This document shows, in pieces, positions 52,629 to 64,000 of a stretch of DNA of 64,000 bases. Below the pieces are notes generated by a model. That model searched no databases. It was not told the origin of the DNA and saw nothing but the letters and a program-made list of their open reading frames with translations. Source of the stretch: Octopus sinensis (Eukaryota); the NCBI RefSeq assembly GCF_006345805.1, contig NC_043012.1, positions 37,262,001 through 37,326,000 on the forward strand, written 5' to 3'. How positions within the stretch are numbered: the stretch's first letter is position 1; each line of letters starts with the position of its first letter. Made by a program: the position numbers and the translations under genes.

Positions 52629-53249
52629 ATTAGCCAGAAAAATCTGCAGTGTACTGTGAGTGCACAATAGGTGAACCGCGACATGGCGAGGAATTACTGT
52701 ATGGTTATGTTTTCTTTTTGAACAATTTGTAAATTTATAAACATTTATCATTAGTTGTTTCTAAATAAAATGATTTGTCCTATATTTGACCTTATCTAAC
52801 AGGTACTGACAAATCTAGCCACACTCCCTCTCTCTCTCTCTCTCTCTCTCAAAATTACAATATTTTCCTTTCTATACAAAATGGTTTGCTGTCCTGTGTC
52901 AATGCTCTAAAATTTGTCCAAAATATTTCTTACCTGCTGGACAATGCACCAGCTACCTGTACATTACAACCTTTGTTATTTTTGCTTTGTATAGATTTTT
53001 ATAATCTTAGTTTATATCTGAACTCTGTGTACACAGCCTAATTGTATCGGTTAAACCACTTCTTCTAATGCTAGCCCCTTAATCTTTAGCATTGCCTGGA
53101 TACAGTTTCTCAGAATTATATCAACAAAGTCGTTAACAGTGTTAATTGCTACAAACCTATCAGCTTTGATGTGTATCTCTATACCAGCAAAGTGACTTCT
53201 GATAGCAGTGATTGTCGTCCTCACTTCTTCGATGTGTTTCTAAAGACAA

Positions 53250-53341
53250 GTGTTACCTCTGTATAGGCAGGTGTTGCCTATATATATATATATATATATA
53301 TGTATAGGCAGGTGTTGCCTATATATATATATATGTATATA

Positions 53342-53386
<45 letters not shown>

Positions 53387-53432
53387 GTGTTATCTCTGTA
53401 TAGGCAGGTATTACCCATTTATAGGCAGGTGT
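53250..53432. repeat. 21-bp tandem repeat (gtgttacctctgtataggcag) with internal (TA)n expansions
   Basis: Five to six units, two of them interrupted by TA runs. Confidence 0.75.
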
Positions 53433-55109
53433 TGCCCTCAAGCTTGATTTAATCAGGAATGGTTAGAGTAATGATCTGCAAATTTCCGTACTGAACCCTG
53501 AATGAAAGCCCCCAACTCTCATGTTGTGATAAGATTTTCCATTCATTAAAACCTTTCGACTAGTATGGATCATCATTTCTAAGAAATCTAATAAACCTTT
53601 TTTGCATTTTACCGTCAGGTACTTAACATTCCTCTGTTTTATTATCGTTATAAAGCTTTGTGATATTTGATATCATTTGTTTTGTTTTATTTTATGATTA
53701 AAAGTCTCCTGGGTCGGTGGCAGTTGGTGGTGGCTGCGACGGCAGTGGTGGGGGTTTCTAATGCAGGTTAAAGTCAATAACTAGTTCAAGTTATTAAACT
53801 TTCCTTTAATTTCTCACTCTTTTCCATCTTGGTGTCGTAAAATATTCCCCCAAAAAACCTGCTTTTGTATTCCTTTCAATGTATGTGACCCATCTTCTAC
53901 TTAGGTTCCGAATGCCTTTAAAATGGATGTTTGAAATTCCTGTTTTCCAAATTGTCAAAATGAATATAGAACTATTAAATGTAATTTTCATGCCATTCTC
54001 TGATTGGTTAATTCTCAAATTGTCTTTGAATGATTATGATATTCTACACCTGACTGCTGTTGAGATTGAACTGATGAAATACGGTTGCATGCAGGCATTC
54101 ATCTCTCATCTTTAGTTGTAATATACAAAGGTTCATGTGGACAATTGTATAACTGGGTCATTCTTACGAAAATAAAACCAAAATAGATTTTCATATAATT
54201 TTTAGAATGCTCAGAAAAGTAACTACTTGTAAAGGTATGTCAAAATGGTTCACTTTTTGACCTAGCATTGATATTAGGGAAGTTTCTTGGAAATCTACAC
54301 TATTTGGAAGATATAGAAGATATTTGTCTTGAACGTGTATCTATCTTTGTTGCACACATCACACCAGGTGAATGAGAATTGTGACCACAGACTTTGATGT
54401 CCAGCAAATTCTTTAGCATATTTTTTGAGGTTCAAGGTCAGTGTAAATAAACATCGTGGGACTTTTTATGCTGCTCTGAAGAAATTCAGAGAAGTTAGTG
54501 GATATTTTCAGGTGAAAAATGTTATTTTGTGCAATGTCATGTATGCTACACTTTTTGGATGCTTTGTATATGAATCCATTATGTTTACATTGATGTATTC
54601 GTATAGGAAATGTTGTAACTTTCAGGGCTGGCTCTAAATTTGGAAAATCTGTGGAGATATACTTATGGCTTAGATATTTCGTAATTTGTGGTTGACTGTC
54701 ACGTACGTCACGCAAGAACGATCCAAGTGTAATCTTGTTTGTGTGTGTGTGCGTGTGTGTGTGATAGATGATGTGGTTGATGTTGTTGTTTACCTGTGTC
54801 ACCTTCGTTGGAGTACACCTGTGATCAAAGGCTTCCATCTATGACCATCCTAGCTTTCTTTCTCTCTCTCTCTTTTTTGCTTCGTTTTGTTGTGGGACTA
54901 CATTACGTATTGTGTGAGTCGTTCCCATTTTTAAGACAGTGGAGCCAGTTTGAGGGAGATTTGGCTGGTGTTTCTAGCAGGTCCTGTAGAGGCCTCGTAG
55001 CAGTTTCCTTTGGTTGACTCATGTGAAATGATAATTAGAGGAGAGTGTCATATAAGAAACAAATAGCAATTAATATTTAATTACTACTACTACTACTACT
55101 ACTAGATTG

Positions 55110-57225
55110 GTGTAGGTGATAAATTGGAAGACCCAAAATGCTTAGTGGCATTTCTTCTGCTTTACGTTCTGGGTTCAAATTCTGCTGGGGTCCAGTTTTC
55201 CTTTCATCCTTTCAGGAGTCGTTACTATAAATACCTGTTGAATACTGGGGGGGTCGATATAATCAACTCATCTCCTTATTCTGAGATTACTGGCCTTGTG
55301 CCAAAATGTGAAACCGATATTTCTTCCAGCTTTCTATGTTCTGATTTCAAACACTGCTGAGGTCAACAAAGTACTAGTTAAGTACTGGGGTCGACATTAC
55401 GGAGTCACCCCTTTTCCTGAAAACTGCTCATCCTCTGCTTAAAAGTTATTATTATTGGGTGAGACCCTTAACGGAATTTCATCTGTCTTTATGTGCTGGG
55501 TTCAAATTCCACCAAGGTTGACTTTGCCTTTCATCCTTTCAGGGTCAATAAAATAAGTACCAGTTAAACACTGGGGTCGATGTACTCAACTTACCCCTTC
55601 CCCCCAAATTTCTGGCTTTGTGTCATAATTTGAAACCATTATTATTATTAATACTAATATTATTATTATCAAGGCAGCAAACTGGCAGAATCGTTAGCAC
55701 GCTGGATGAAATGCTTAGTGGTATTTCAATTGCTGCTACGTTCTGAGATCAAATTCCACTGAGGTCAACTTTGCTTTTCATCCTTTTGGGGTCAATAAAT
55801 TGAGTACCAGTGAAACACTGGGGTCAATGTAATCAACTAGTCCTCTCCTCCCAAATCCCAAGGCCTTGTGCCTATAGGAAAAAGGATTATTATTATTAAG
55901 TGGGCAAGCTGGCAGAACTCTCAGCATGCCAGCTGAAATGCTTTGCGGTATTTCGTCTGTCTTTACATTCTGAGTTCAAATTCTGCCGGGGTCAACTTTG
56001 CCTTTCATCCTTTCAGGGTTGATAAATTAAGTACCAGTGAAACACTGGGGTCGATGAAATTGACTTGTCCACTCCCCCAAAATTTCAGGCCTTGTGCCTT
56101 TAGTAGAAAGGATTGTTATTATTATTATTGAAAGCTCATGGCCTTAGTGATTAAGGTGTTGCACTCACGATCGCAATATCGTGGTTTCATTTCCTGGACT
56201 GGGTGGTGCATTGTGCTCTTGAGCAAAACACTTCATTTCACGTCCCTCTGCAATCACTTTGACACCTGACGACGCATGGAACACTGTGCATGTGTTCAGG
56301 TAATGTTGATTTGATGAAGGAAGTAAAAGCTGTTGTGCAACTCATAAGCAAATTATTTGTGCAGATTATTTGGCAAAAGAAGTTGAACACTCGTTATGTT
56401 GTCTTCGACGGGAGAGTCCATCGTTATTATTATTATTATTTTACTTGGCGAGCTGGCAGAATCATTAGTATAGCAGGCAAAAAGCTTAGTGGCATGTTGT
56501 CCACCTTTACGTTCTGAGTTCAAATTCCACTGAGGTCGACTTTGCCTTTCATCCTTTCAGGGTTGATAAAATAAGTACCAGTTACGCACTGGAGTCAATG
56601 TAATTGACTAGTCCCCTCCCCTCGAATTTCAGGCCTTGTGTCTATTGTAGAAAGGATTATTATTATTATTATTATTATTATTACCCCCGCATTAGCGAAG
56701 GCGGGGGTATTGTTTTCAGTCGTGTTTGTTTGTTTGTATGTGGACAAGATATCCCAAGAACTGCTGGATGGATTCGGATGAAACTTAGATTTGGGGATCG
56801 ATCTGGTACCAGACAAGGGTTCTGGATTATTTTTCTTGTTTTTTTTTTTTACTTAATTCTTGAGAGTGGTCTGGTTCAATTCTAGTTTTCTTGTTTGTGA
56901 GAGCAGATTTCAGATATTCTCATTTTAAAAATCGTCTCTGGCTAATCGTTGCTGTTGCTTTGCTGGAGATTTGTGCTCTCTGAGTGCTCTTGTTATTATT
57001 ATTATTATTGTTATTATTGTAGGCTGCAAGCTGCCAAAATGCTTAGCGGCATTTCATCCATCTTTACGTTCTGAGTTCAAATTCTATCTGAGGTCGACTT
57101 TGCCTTTTATCCTTTCAGGGTCAATAAATAAAGTACCAGTGAAACACTGGGGTCGATGTAATCAACTATTCCCCCTCCCCACAAATTCCAAGCCTTGTGC
57201 TTCAGTAGAAAGGATTATTATTATT
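55110..57225 (+). mobile_element. Array of about seven co-oriented SINE B copies linked by (ATT)n, with a SINE D and a Helentron-type element interspersed
   Basis: Cores begin near 55120, 55360, 55470, 55675, 55900, 56445 and 57020. Confidence 0.85.
56681..56994 (+). mobile_element. Helentron-associated non-autonomous element (HINE-like)
   Basis: 5' hairpin acccccgc/gcgggggt, (tttg)n, 'ggatggattcggatgaaactt', 3' 'gtgctctctgagtgctcttgtt'; sits inside (ATT)n. Confidence 0.75.
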
Positions 57226-57619
57226 ATTAGACCGACCACTGTTGCTATAACCTGTTGTTGAAAAGCTATGTTGGACTGGGGTTGATGCTAGAAGATCAAT
57301 ATGTATCAATAATATAATTCAGTGATCAGTAAAGGTAGGGAGTGGTCCAGTTATTGTTGAATTTATTGATTTTAACAATTTTAGATTTTCAGTTTAGAGA
57401 GAAAAATTTATAAGAAAATTATGTAAAATTTTAATATTTTTTCAGTTAAAAAATGTATATTAATCAGAAATTAAAAATGTATGTGGAGAGTAATTTTTCT
57501 TAATTAATCAACAGGATGATTAATTAATTAATCCACAAATATTTATTATATTTTATAAAAAGTGGACTCCAAAATCAAATGCTGGCTGCCACTCTCTCTC
57601 TCTCTCTACTTTGAAAGAA

Positions 57620-58629
57620 GCTTGTCACCTTAGTGTGTGCGTGTGTGTGTGTGTTTGTGTGTGTGTAAATGTGTCTGCTTGTGTGTTGGCTTGTAAGTAT
57701 AAATGTGTCTTTGCATGAGTGTGTGTGTGTTGGCGTGTGTGTGTGTGTAAATGTGTCTTTGCGTGAGTGTGTGTGTGTGTGTGTGCTGTGTTGAGATGAG
57801 TCATCCTCTGTTAACTGCTACTGTTCATTTTATAGTGCTGCTGCTGCTGGTGGTGGTGGCGTTGGTGGTGGTGTTGGTATTGGTGGTGGTGGCAGCATCA
57901 GCAGCAGCCAACTTGGGGTACCAGCTGTTTTGTTGTTAGTTGCTACTGAAAGCTTTTCAATCCATGTACATAGTCTTAATCATTTCCTTTTCCTCACCTT
58001 TCTCTCTACACCTCCCACCTCACCCCACCACTCTCTCTCTCTCTCTCTACTGCCTGCTCTCTTTCTCCGCACACTCCCCCTCTCTTTCTACCATTTGCTT
58101 CTCTTACTCTTTCTACCTTTTGCCACCTCTTACCCTCCCTCCCTTTGTCAGCCTATAATCTCACATTTCTCTCCGCCTCACTTCCTCTCTCTCCCTCTCC
58201 CCTTCTTCCCCTTCCTCTCCTCAATTCAATCATTTTTCAAAAACTCTGATCAATGACATTTCAAAACTTCTAGTTCCAAGTGTTTTGTCATTTTTCTTTC
58301 TCCCCCTTTTCATTATTCCATCGAAATCTATAGAATGTTACCAAGTCTCTACTGCCAAATACCTACCTCTGTGTACCTCAGAGATGCTGGCAAGAAGTGT
58401 ATAGGCATCCGTCTACCTCACATGCATCCAGACACCATCTGCACTCTTTGTGTATACATCCATGTCTAAGCCTGTCACATACGCACATTTACAAATGATG
58501 TCCTGTATTTGTAAATTTGGAATTTTATTTTCTTACCAAACCGAGCAGATTCATAAGAAAATTTTAACGGATATTTTTAATGATTACATTTCGTTACACT
58601 AATTAGCAATAATAAATAGCCAGGTAAGT
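57620..58629 (+). promoter_or_regulatory. Putative internal promoter and alternative non-coding first exon
   Basis: (TG)n, ATGAGTCAT at 57796-57804, CTG/GTG repeats, a long pyrimidine tract, and a perfect CAG|GTAAGT donor at 58621-58629. Confidence 0.4.
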
Positions 58630-58698
58630 GTAATTAAAGCCCCCCAACTTTTTCTTTTTTTTTTTTTGGAGGGGGAGTTATTATCATCATCATCATCA

Positions 58699-58742
<44 letters not shown>

Positions 58743-58913
58743 GTTGTTGTTGTTATGTTGCGTACCGATTGCGTCTCCTTAGGTGTGAAATAGAAACTCT
58801 TTTTAAAAAGTCGATCACTTTGTTATTAGCGGTAATATTGCAATAAGGAATAGTTGGACACACAAGACTGTGCGTGTGTCTGTCTGTGTGCACACACACA
58901 CACACAACTCTCA

Positions 58914-59009
<96 letters not shown>

Positions 59010-59083
59010 GAACCGATATATCAATTGATATATATATATTTATTTATATAACACAGATTTATCTCTATCTCTGTGTATGTGTG

Positions 59084-59121
<38 letters not shown>

Positions 59122-59635
59122 CACAGATCTATCTATTTATTTGCGTTTGTGTGAGTATGTATATATGTATGTGTATATATGTATATATGTATATATATAT
59201 ATATATATATATAGGCATATATGTATACACACGGACACACATGCACCCATACGTATGGCTGTTGTTATTTCTTGTCCTTTTCTCATCTCGCATTCGTCTC
59301 GTCCAGGTGTCTGCTGCTTCTTCTTCACATGCATGTGTATGCACATGCATGCATGCACACCTGCGCGCATTCTTACATACCTGCACGTCTGCACGTACAC
59401 GTACTGGCACCTGGAACTTTTAATGCTGTCATGCGTTCAATTTCACAAATACGTTTACATTACGTAAAGATTGATTTGTTGTGGTGGCATCTCTTCACAC
59501 ACACACACACACACACACACACCACATGCTCTCCTGTATGTGTATGTATATGCATATGCACACACACACGTATTTGTATATATGTATTTATGTATATTTA
59601 TATATATATATTATTCTTAAACAAGTCCAGTGTGA

Positions 59636-59720
59636 ACAGTGGGTTTGAAGTTTTGGCCAGTTAAGCCGTCATCAAGCAGTCCGACAGTGGCTTACCTGGC
59701 CAAGACTTCAAAGTCACTGT
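59636..59720 (+). ncRNA. Pre-miRNA-like hairpin in the DUSP intron
   Basis: 32-bp stem (59636-59667 with 59689-59720): 28 Watson-Crick pairs, 2 G-U pairs, 2 mismatches, plus a 3-bp apical stem and 12-nt loop. Unique sequence. No known mature miRNA recognised. Confidence 0.4.
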
Positions 59721-59864
59721 CAAAAATAGTCTTGTTTAAAGAATAATGAATTATTATTCCATTCCACAAGAGTGTGGAATAACCACCCAGATTAATAAAA
59801 AAATTGTTTTTATTATGAATGAACACACAAACAACCATTAACATAATATATATATATATATATT

Positions 59865-60050
59865 TCTTTATTGCTCACAGGGGGCAAACGAAGGGATTAA
59901 GTCGATTACATCGACGCCAGTGTGTAACTGGTACTTATTTAATCGACCCTGAAAGGATGGAAGGCAAAGCGGAATTTGAACTCAGAATGTAACGGCAGAC
60001 AAAATACCGCTGAGTTTTGCCTGGCGTGCTAACGATTCTGCCAGCTCACC

Positions 60051-60052
<2 letters not shown>
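59865..60052 (-). mobile_element. SINE B with an alternative 3' tail
   Basis: After the core the tail is 'ttaatccctt...gtgagcaataaagaaata' instead of '...gaaaggattatt'. Confidence 0.75.
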
Positions 60053-60109
<57 letters not shown>

Positions 60110-60381
60110 TTATATATATTTATATATATATATGTATGTATGTATGTATGTATACACACACACACACACGCATGCACACACATGCTGGCATCTCAAAAGT
60201 AGTTAGACCCTATTCATTATACGGGTTTATTTGTGTTAGAATCACTCCTTGGTACAATGCCTAAACACGTTAAATGATTACAACAACACAAGGCTTCTCT
60301 ACTAAATCCTAGATTAAAAGTATTTAAATACACCAAACGACATTATTTTGGTTCTAGAAATAAACCTTTCAAATATATACA

Positions 60382-60428
<47 letters not shown>

Positions 60429-60443
60429 TATAATATATATATA

Positions 60444-60663
60444 TGAGAGGCTGCTGAAAAGTACCTGCCTGGCTTGTGTAAAAGAAAATGCAGGAGGATC
60501 AGTTAGTTATGATTTTATTTAAAATATTCCCCTCTCACATTCACACACCTATTCAGTTTTTTTCTAAGCCCCCTAAAAAAAAAAAAAGAAAACTTGGAAG
60601 GTTGGGTTTCCAACAAGGCCTTTCATGAAACCCTTAAAGCCGGGAACTTTGCAACATGCCCTT

Positions 60664-60666
<3 letters not shown>
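60444..60666. mobile_element. Tc1/mariner-type MITE in a (TA)n site; reverse partial copy at about 32290-32520
   Basis: Ends tatgagaggctgctgaaaagt...gct / aaagccgggaactttgcaacatgcccttgta with TA flanks. Confidence 0.7.
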
Positions 60667-60705
<39 letters not shown>

Positions 60706-60843
60706 GTATATACACACACACACACCACATATATATATATGTGTGTATAATATATATATATATATATAATATATATGTGTGTGTGTGTGTGTATATGTAT
60801 ATATATATTATATATATATAATATATATATATACGGAGAAAAC

Positions 60844-61120
60844 AATTGCAGCGTGGAAGGTGTTTGTAAGCCATTTAAGAAACACACAAAAGCCGTTCGA
60901 TTCACTTCAACATTTAAGTTTAATTTGTCAAAATATTTTCGTCGCTTTGAAACCGCGACAAGTTCACTGACAAAAATATGCAGCACGGATTATTGCCAGT
61001 GAACAGGTCGCGGATTTTAGCGACGAAAATATTTTGACAAATTAAACTTAAATGTTGAAGTGAATCGAACGGCTTTTGTGTGTTTCTTAAATGGCTTAGA
61101 AACACCTTCCACGCTGCAAT

Positions 61121-61121
<1 letters not shown>
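60844..61121. repeat. Long inverted repeat (foldback) with about 125-bp arms and a 27-nt spacer
   Basis: 60844-60969 is the near-perfect reverse complement of 60997-61121. The arm is homologous to 28446-28600. Confidence 0.9.
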
Positions 61122-61164
<43 letters not shown>

Positions 61165-62100
61165 GACTGACCCCAGGAGAGTCTCCAGTAGGGGCTTTGA
61201 AACTTGAACTAACATGGAATCTAAATCAAACTATTTTGAACAATATATGTGTGTGTGTGTGTATTTACACACACATGAATTGTTGATGCTATGAGAACTT
61301 AGAAACTTTGAGAGAAGATAAAATAATTTTTTTGAGGAAAATGGTGTGTTGTATCTTGAAGCAGATAGAGCTATAAATAATAGCAATGTAGATGTTAGAT
61401 TAAAAAAAACTGTTTGGATAGAAAAAGTTGAATGCTGGCTTTGGGACTTGAACCTACATCTCTTAGATGTGTGTACGTATGTATTTACTGCATGTAGATG
61501 CGTCTGTCTTGTGTAGATTAATTAGTTGGCAGACAAAGTTTTTAAAAAGTTATTTTCATCTAGTTTCAAATTCGTTAAAACTTCGTTTATTACAAAATAT
61601 GTACAACAAATGTTTGCAAATAATTTTGGAGTGTTTAAATATTCTAAAGATGTGTAACTAATTCTACAAGGGATAAGATGCTACTCCCTTTTGGGTAACT
61701 TCCCTGGAAATATTTGAAATCTACTGAGTGAAAGAAAACATTTTAGAAAAATTCCTTATTTTATTAAATTTATTTTAAAATTATTAGAATCGTTGAAATA
61801 TTTTGAAGTCAAAATATTTAATATTGATCTTTCGTATTTTCTAGAAATCAAGACGAAATTATTATTGATAGAAATTTGTAATTAGGATTTAGGGTAGGGT
61901 GGGGTGGATTTGATAAGCTGTTACTTTTAATTGACATAATTTATAATTGTTAATGAGGCTTTCATTAGCCTAAATTTTGGGATTAGTCTCTCTCCTGTCT
62001 ATAAACTATATTTTAATTTTGCTGCCAAACACACACACACACCTGCACACACACACACACACATGCATACCCACATAAACATCTCTCTCTATCTCTCCCT

Positions 62101-62154
<54 letters not shown>

Positions 62155-62347
62155 GTATATAGATATATATAATATATATATATATATATATGTATGTATA
62201 TGTATGTATATAGATATATATGTATGTATATAGATATATATGTATGTATATGTATGTATATAGATATCTATATATGTATAGATATCTGTATAGATATATG
62301 TATAGATATGTATAGATATCTATGTATGGACAAGCACTTATATATAT

Positions 62348-62384
<37 letters not shown>

Positions 62385-62774
62385 TTCACCTAAACATACC
62401 CGCATAGTGTACAGAGAAGAAAAAATGTTTCAATTGAAACCAAGCCCCACCATATTGGTGACTGAGAGAGTATAAAACATTTCAAAGGTGTACCCCTATT
62501 TTAGTTCAGTGCTGTTGTAATGACCCAGACCCTTACCAACCTGCTGACAATTAATGAGATCATCTGTCAGATACTAGATAATGTATATCTGTGTGTGTGT
62601 GTGTGTGCAGAGGGAGAGAGTGGACTGGCTTGAATTGTTGACTAGTCTTGCCTTTACACTGTGTTTCATGGGTTTTTCTTCTCTGTAAACAGATAGATGA
62701 CAAGTTTCTTTTGGTACTAAAATACAGGCTTCTTTCACAACTAGAATGGGTAGAGATTCAGTTTTTATAATACT

Positions 62775-63005
62775 TATTTCTTTACTACCCACAAGGGGCT
62801 AAACATAGAGGGGACAAACAAGGACAGACAAAGGGATTAAGTCGATTACATCGATCCCGGTGTGTAACTGGTACTTACTTAATCGACCCCCCGAAAGGAT
62901 GAAAGGTAGTCAACCTTGGCGGAATTTGAACTCAGAACCTAACGGCAGACGAAATACCACTAAGCATTTTGCCCAGCATACTAATGATTCTGCCAGGTCA
63001 CCGCC
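62775..63005 (-). mobile_element. SINE B with the long alternative 3' tail
   Basis: Tail 'aatccctttgtctgtccttgtttgtcccctctatgtttagccccttgtgggtagtaaagaaataag' on the minus strand. Confidence 0.8.
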
Positions 63006-63290
63006 CGGTTTTTATAATACAATGTTAACTGTAGTTTGTTGTTATGTACTGTATAATGAGTTGTGGTACTGACTGTGTATAGCTTGTGACACTGACTGTA
63101 TAGTACACCAGTTTTCAAGAAGCATTGCCTGATACATACACACACGTATATATGGTTGAGCGGACAAATGAAATAAAAAGGCACTCAACACATTTATTTG
63201 GAGTTGCATATTTTATTATTTAAAGCAGTTTTGAAGTTTTAAGCCAGATGGAACTGGATCAAACTGCTTTAAAATGTAATATTGATAAGA

Positions 63291-63321
<31 letters not shown>

Positions 63322-63410
63322 TATGCATAAGTTAATAATACAGGTACAAACCATCAGTCTATGTTATTAATTTTTATAACTGGCAGTGTTTTGGTTTTAA
63401 TTTTATATAT

Positions 63411-63452
<42 letters not shown>

Positions 63453-63455
<3 letters not shown>

Positions 63456-63710
63456 TCATCATCATCATCATCATCGTTTAGCGTCCGTTTTCCATACTAG
63501 CATGGGTTGGACGGTTCAACTGGGGTCTGTGAAGCCGGAAGGCTTCATCAGGCCTAGTCAGATCTGGCAGTGTTTCTATGGCTGGATGCCCTTCCTAACG
63601 CCAACCACTCCGTGAGTGTAGTGGGTGCTTTTTACGTGCCACCCGCACAGATGCCAGACAGAGCTGGCAAACGGCCACGAACGGATGGTGCTTTTTATGT
63701 GCCACCGGCA
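63453..63710 (-). mobile_element. SINE family C, young copy
   Basis: Family homology with CpGs retained. Confidence 0.88.
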
Positions 63711-64000
63711 TATATATTAATAAAAGGAATTCCAACCTTGTCTGATTTTGACGTTTTATTTACAATCTTATAATGATATATTATAAGATAATATATTATA
63801 ATTGGATAAAATGAAATAATAGAATGTTAAATGTTCATTCTGATTGAACTAGTACTTTCATGCATTAAATTCTGCAATCTTCAAGTTCATGTAGTAGTGG
63901 TGACAGTCATGCTTCACAATTTTTGACTGTGATATATATATATATATCATCATATATATATATATAAAATTAAAACCAAAACATTGTCAGTTATAAAAAT

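Noticed and set aside
52935-52970. Minus-strand AG...CAG|GTAAG suggesting a 23-nt microexon
   Set aside because: No polypyrimidine tract and no other evidence of a minus-strand gene.
50950-54680. Candidate acceptors for DUSP exon 4 (50963, 53904, 54625)
   Set aside because: In the required phase none gives GGF...LCE-like sequence, and all hit stops quickly. The catalytic exons were not found in the window.
61880-61910. Telomere-like TTAGGG start and G-run cluster
   Set aside because: A single TTAGGG followed by divergent G runs; not an array.

Overview
Eukaryotic, AT-rich genomic DNA dense in microsatellites, SINEs and MITEs. The SINE families suggest an octopus/coleoid cephalopod, but that is inferred from recalled repeat consensus sequences and was not verified. 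One protein-coding gene is well supported: the 5' part of a DUSP8/DUSP16-type MAP kinase phosphatase on the + strand. Three coding exons (34399-34545, 36025-36135, 44732-44906) splice in frame through canonical GT-AG sites and encode the rhodanese/MAPK-binding domain with its KRRL docking motif. I found no catalytic-domain exons, so they probably lie beyond base 64000. Nearly all other listed ORFs are translations of microsatellites or SINEs. The best leads: (1) a leader packed with uORFs whose last stop codon overlaps the DUSP start codon (ATGA); (2) many AP-1 sites, including a four-site intronic cluster and two look-alike promoter/first-exon modules, one of which could give an isoform lacking the docking domain; (3) an intronic pre-miRNA-like hairpin and a 278-bp foldback; (4) a Penelope-type minimal hammerhead-ribozyme-like motif. 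Repeat boundaries are approximate, all counts are by eye, and no database search was run.
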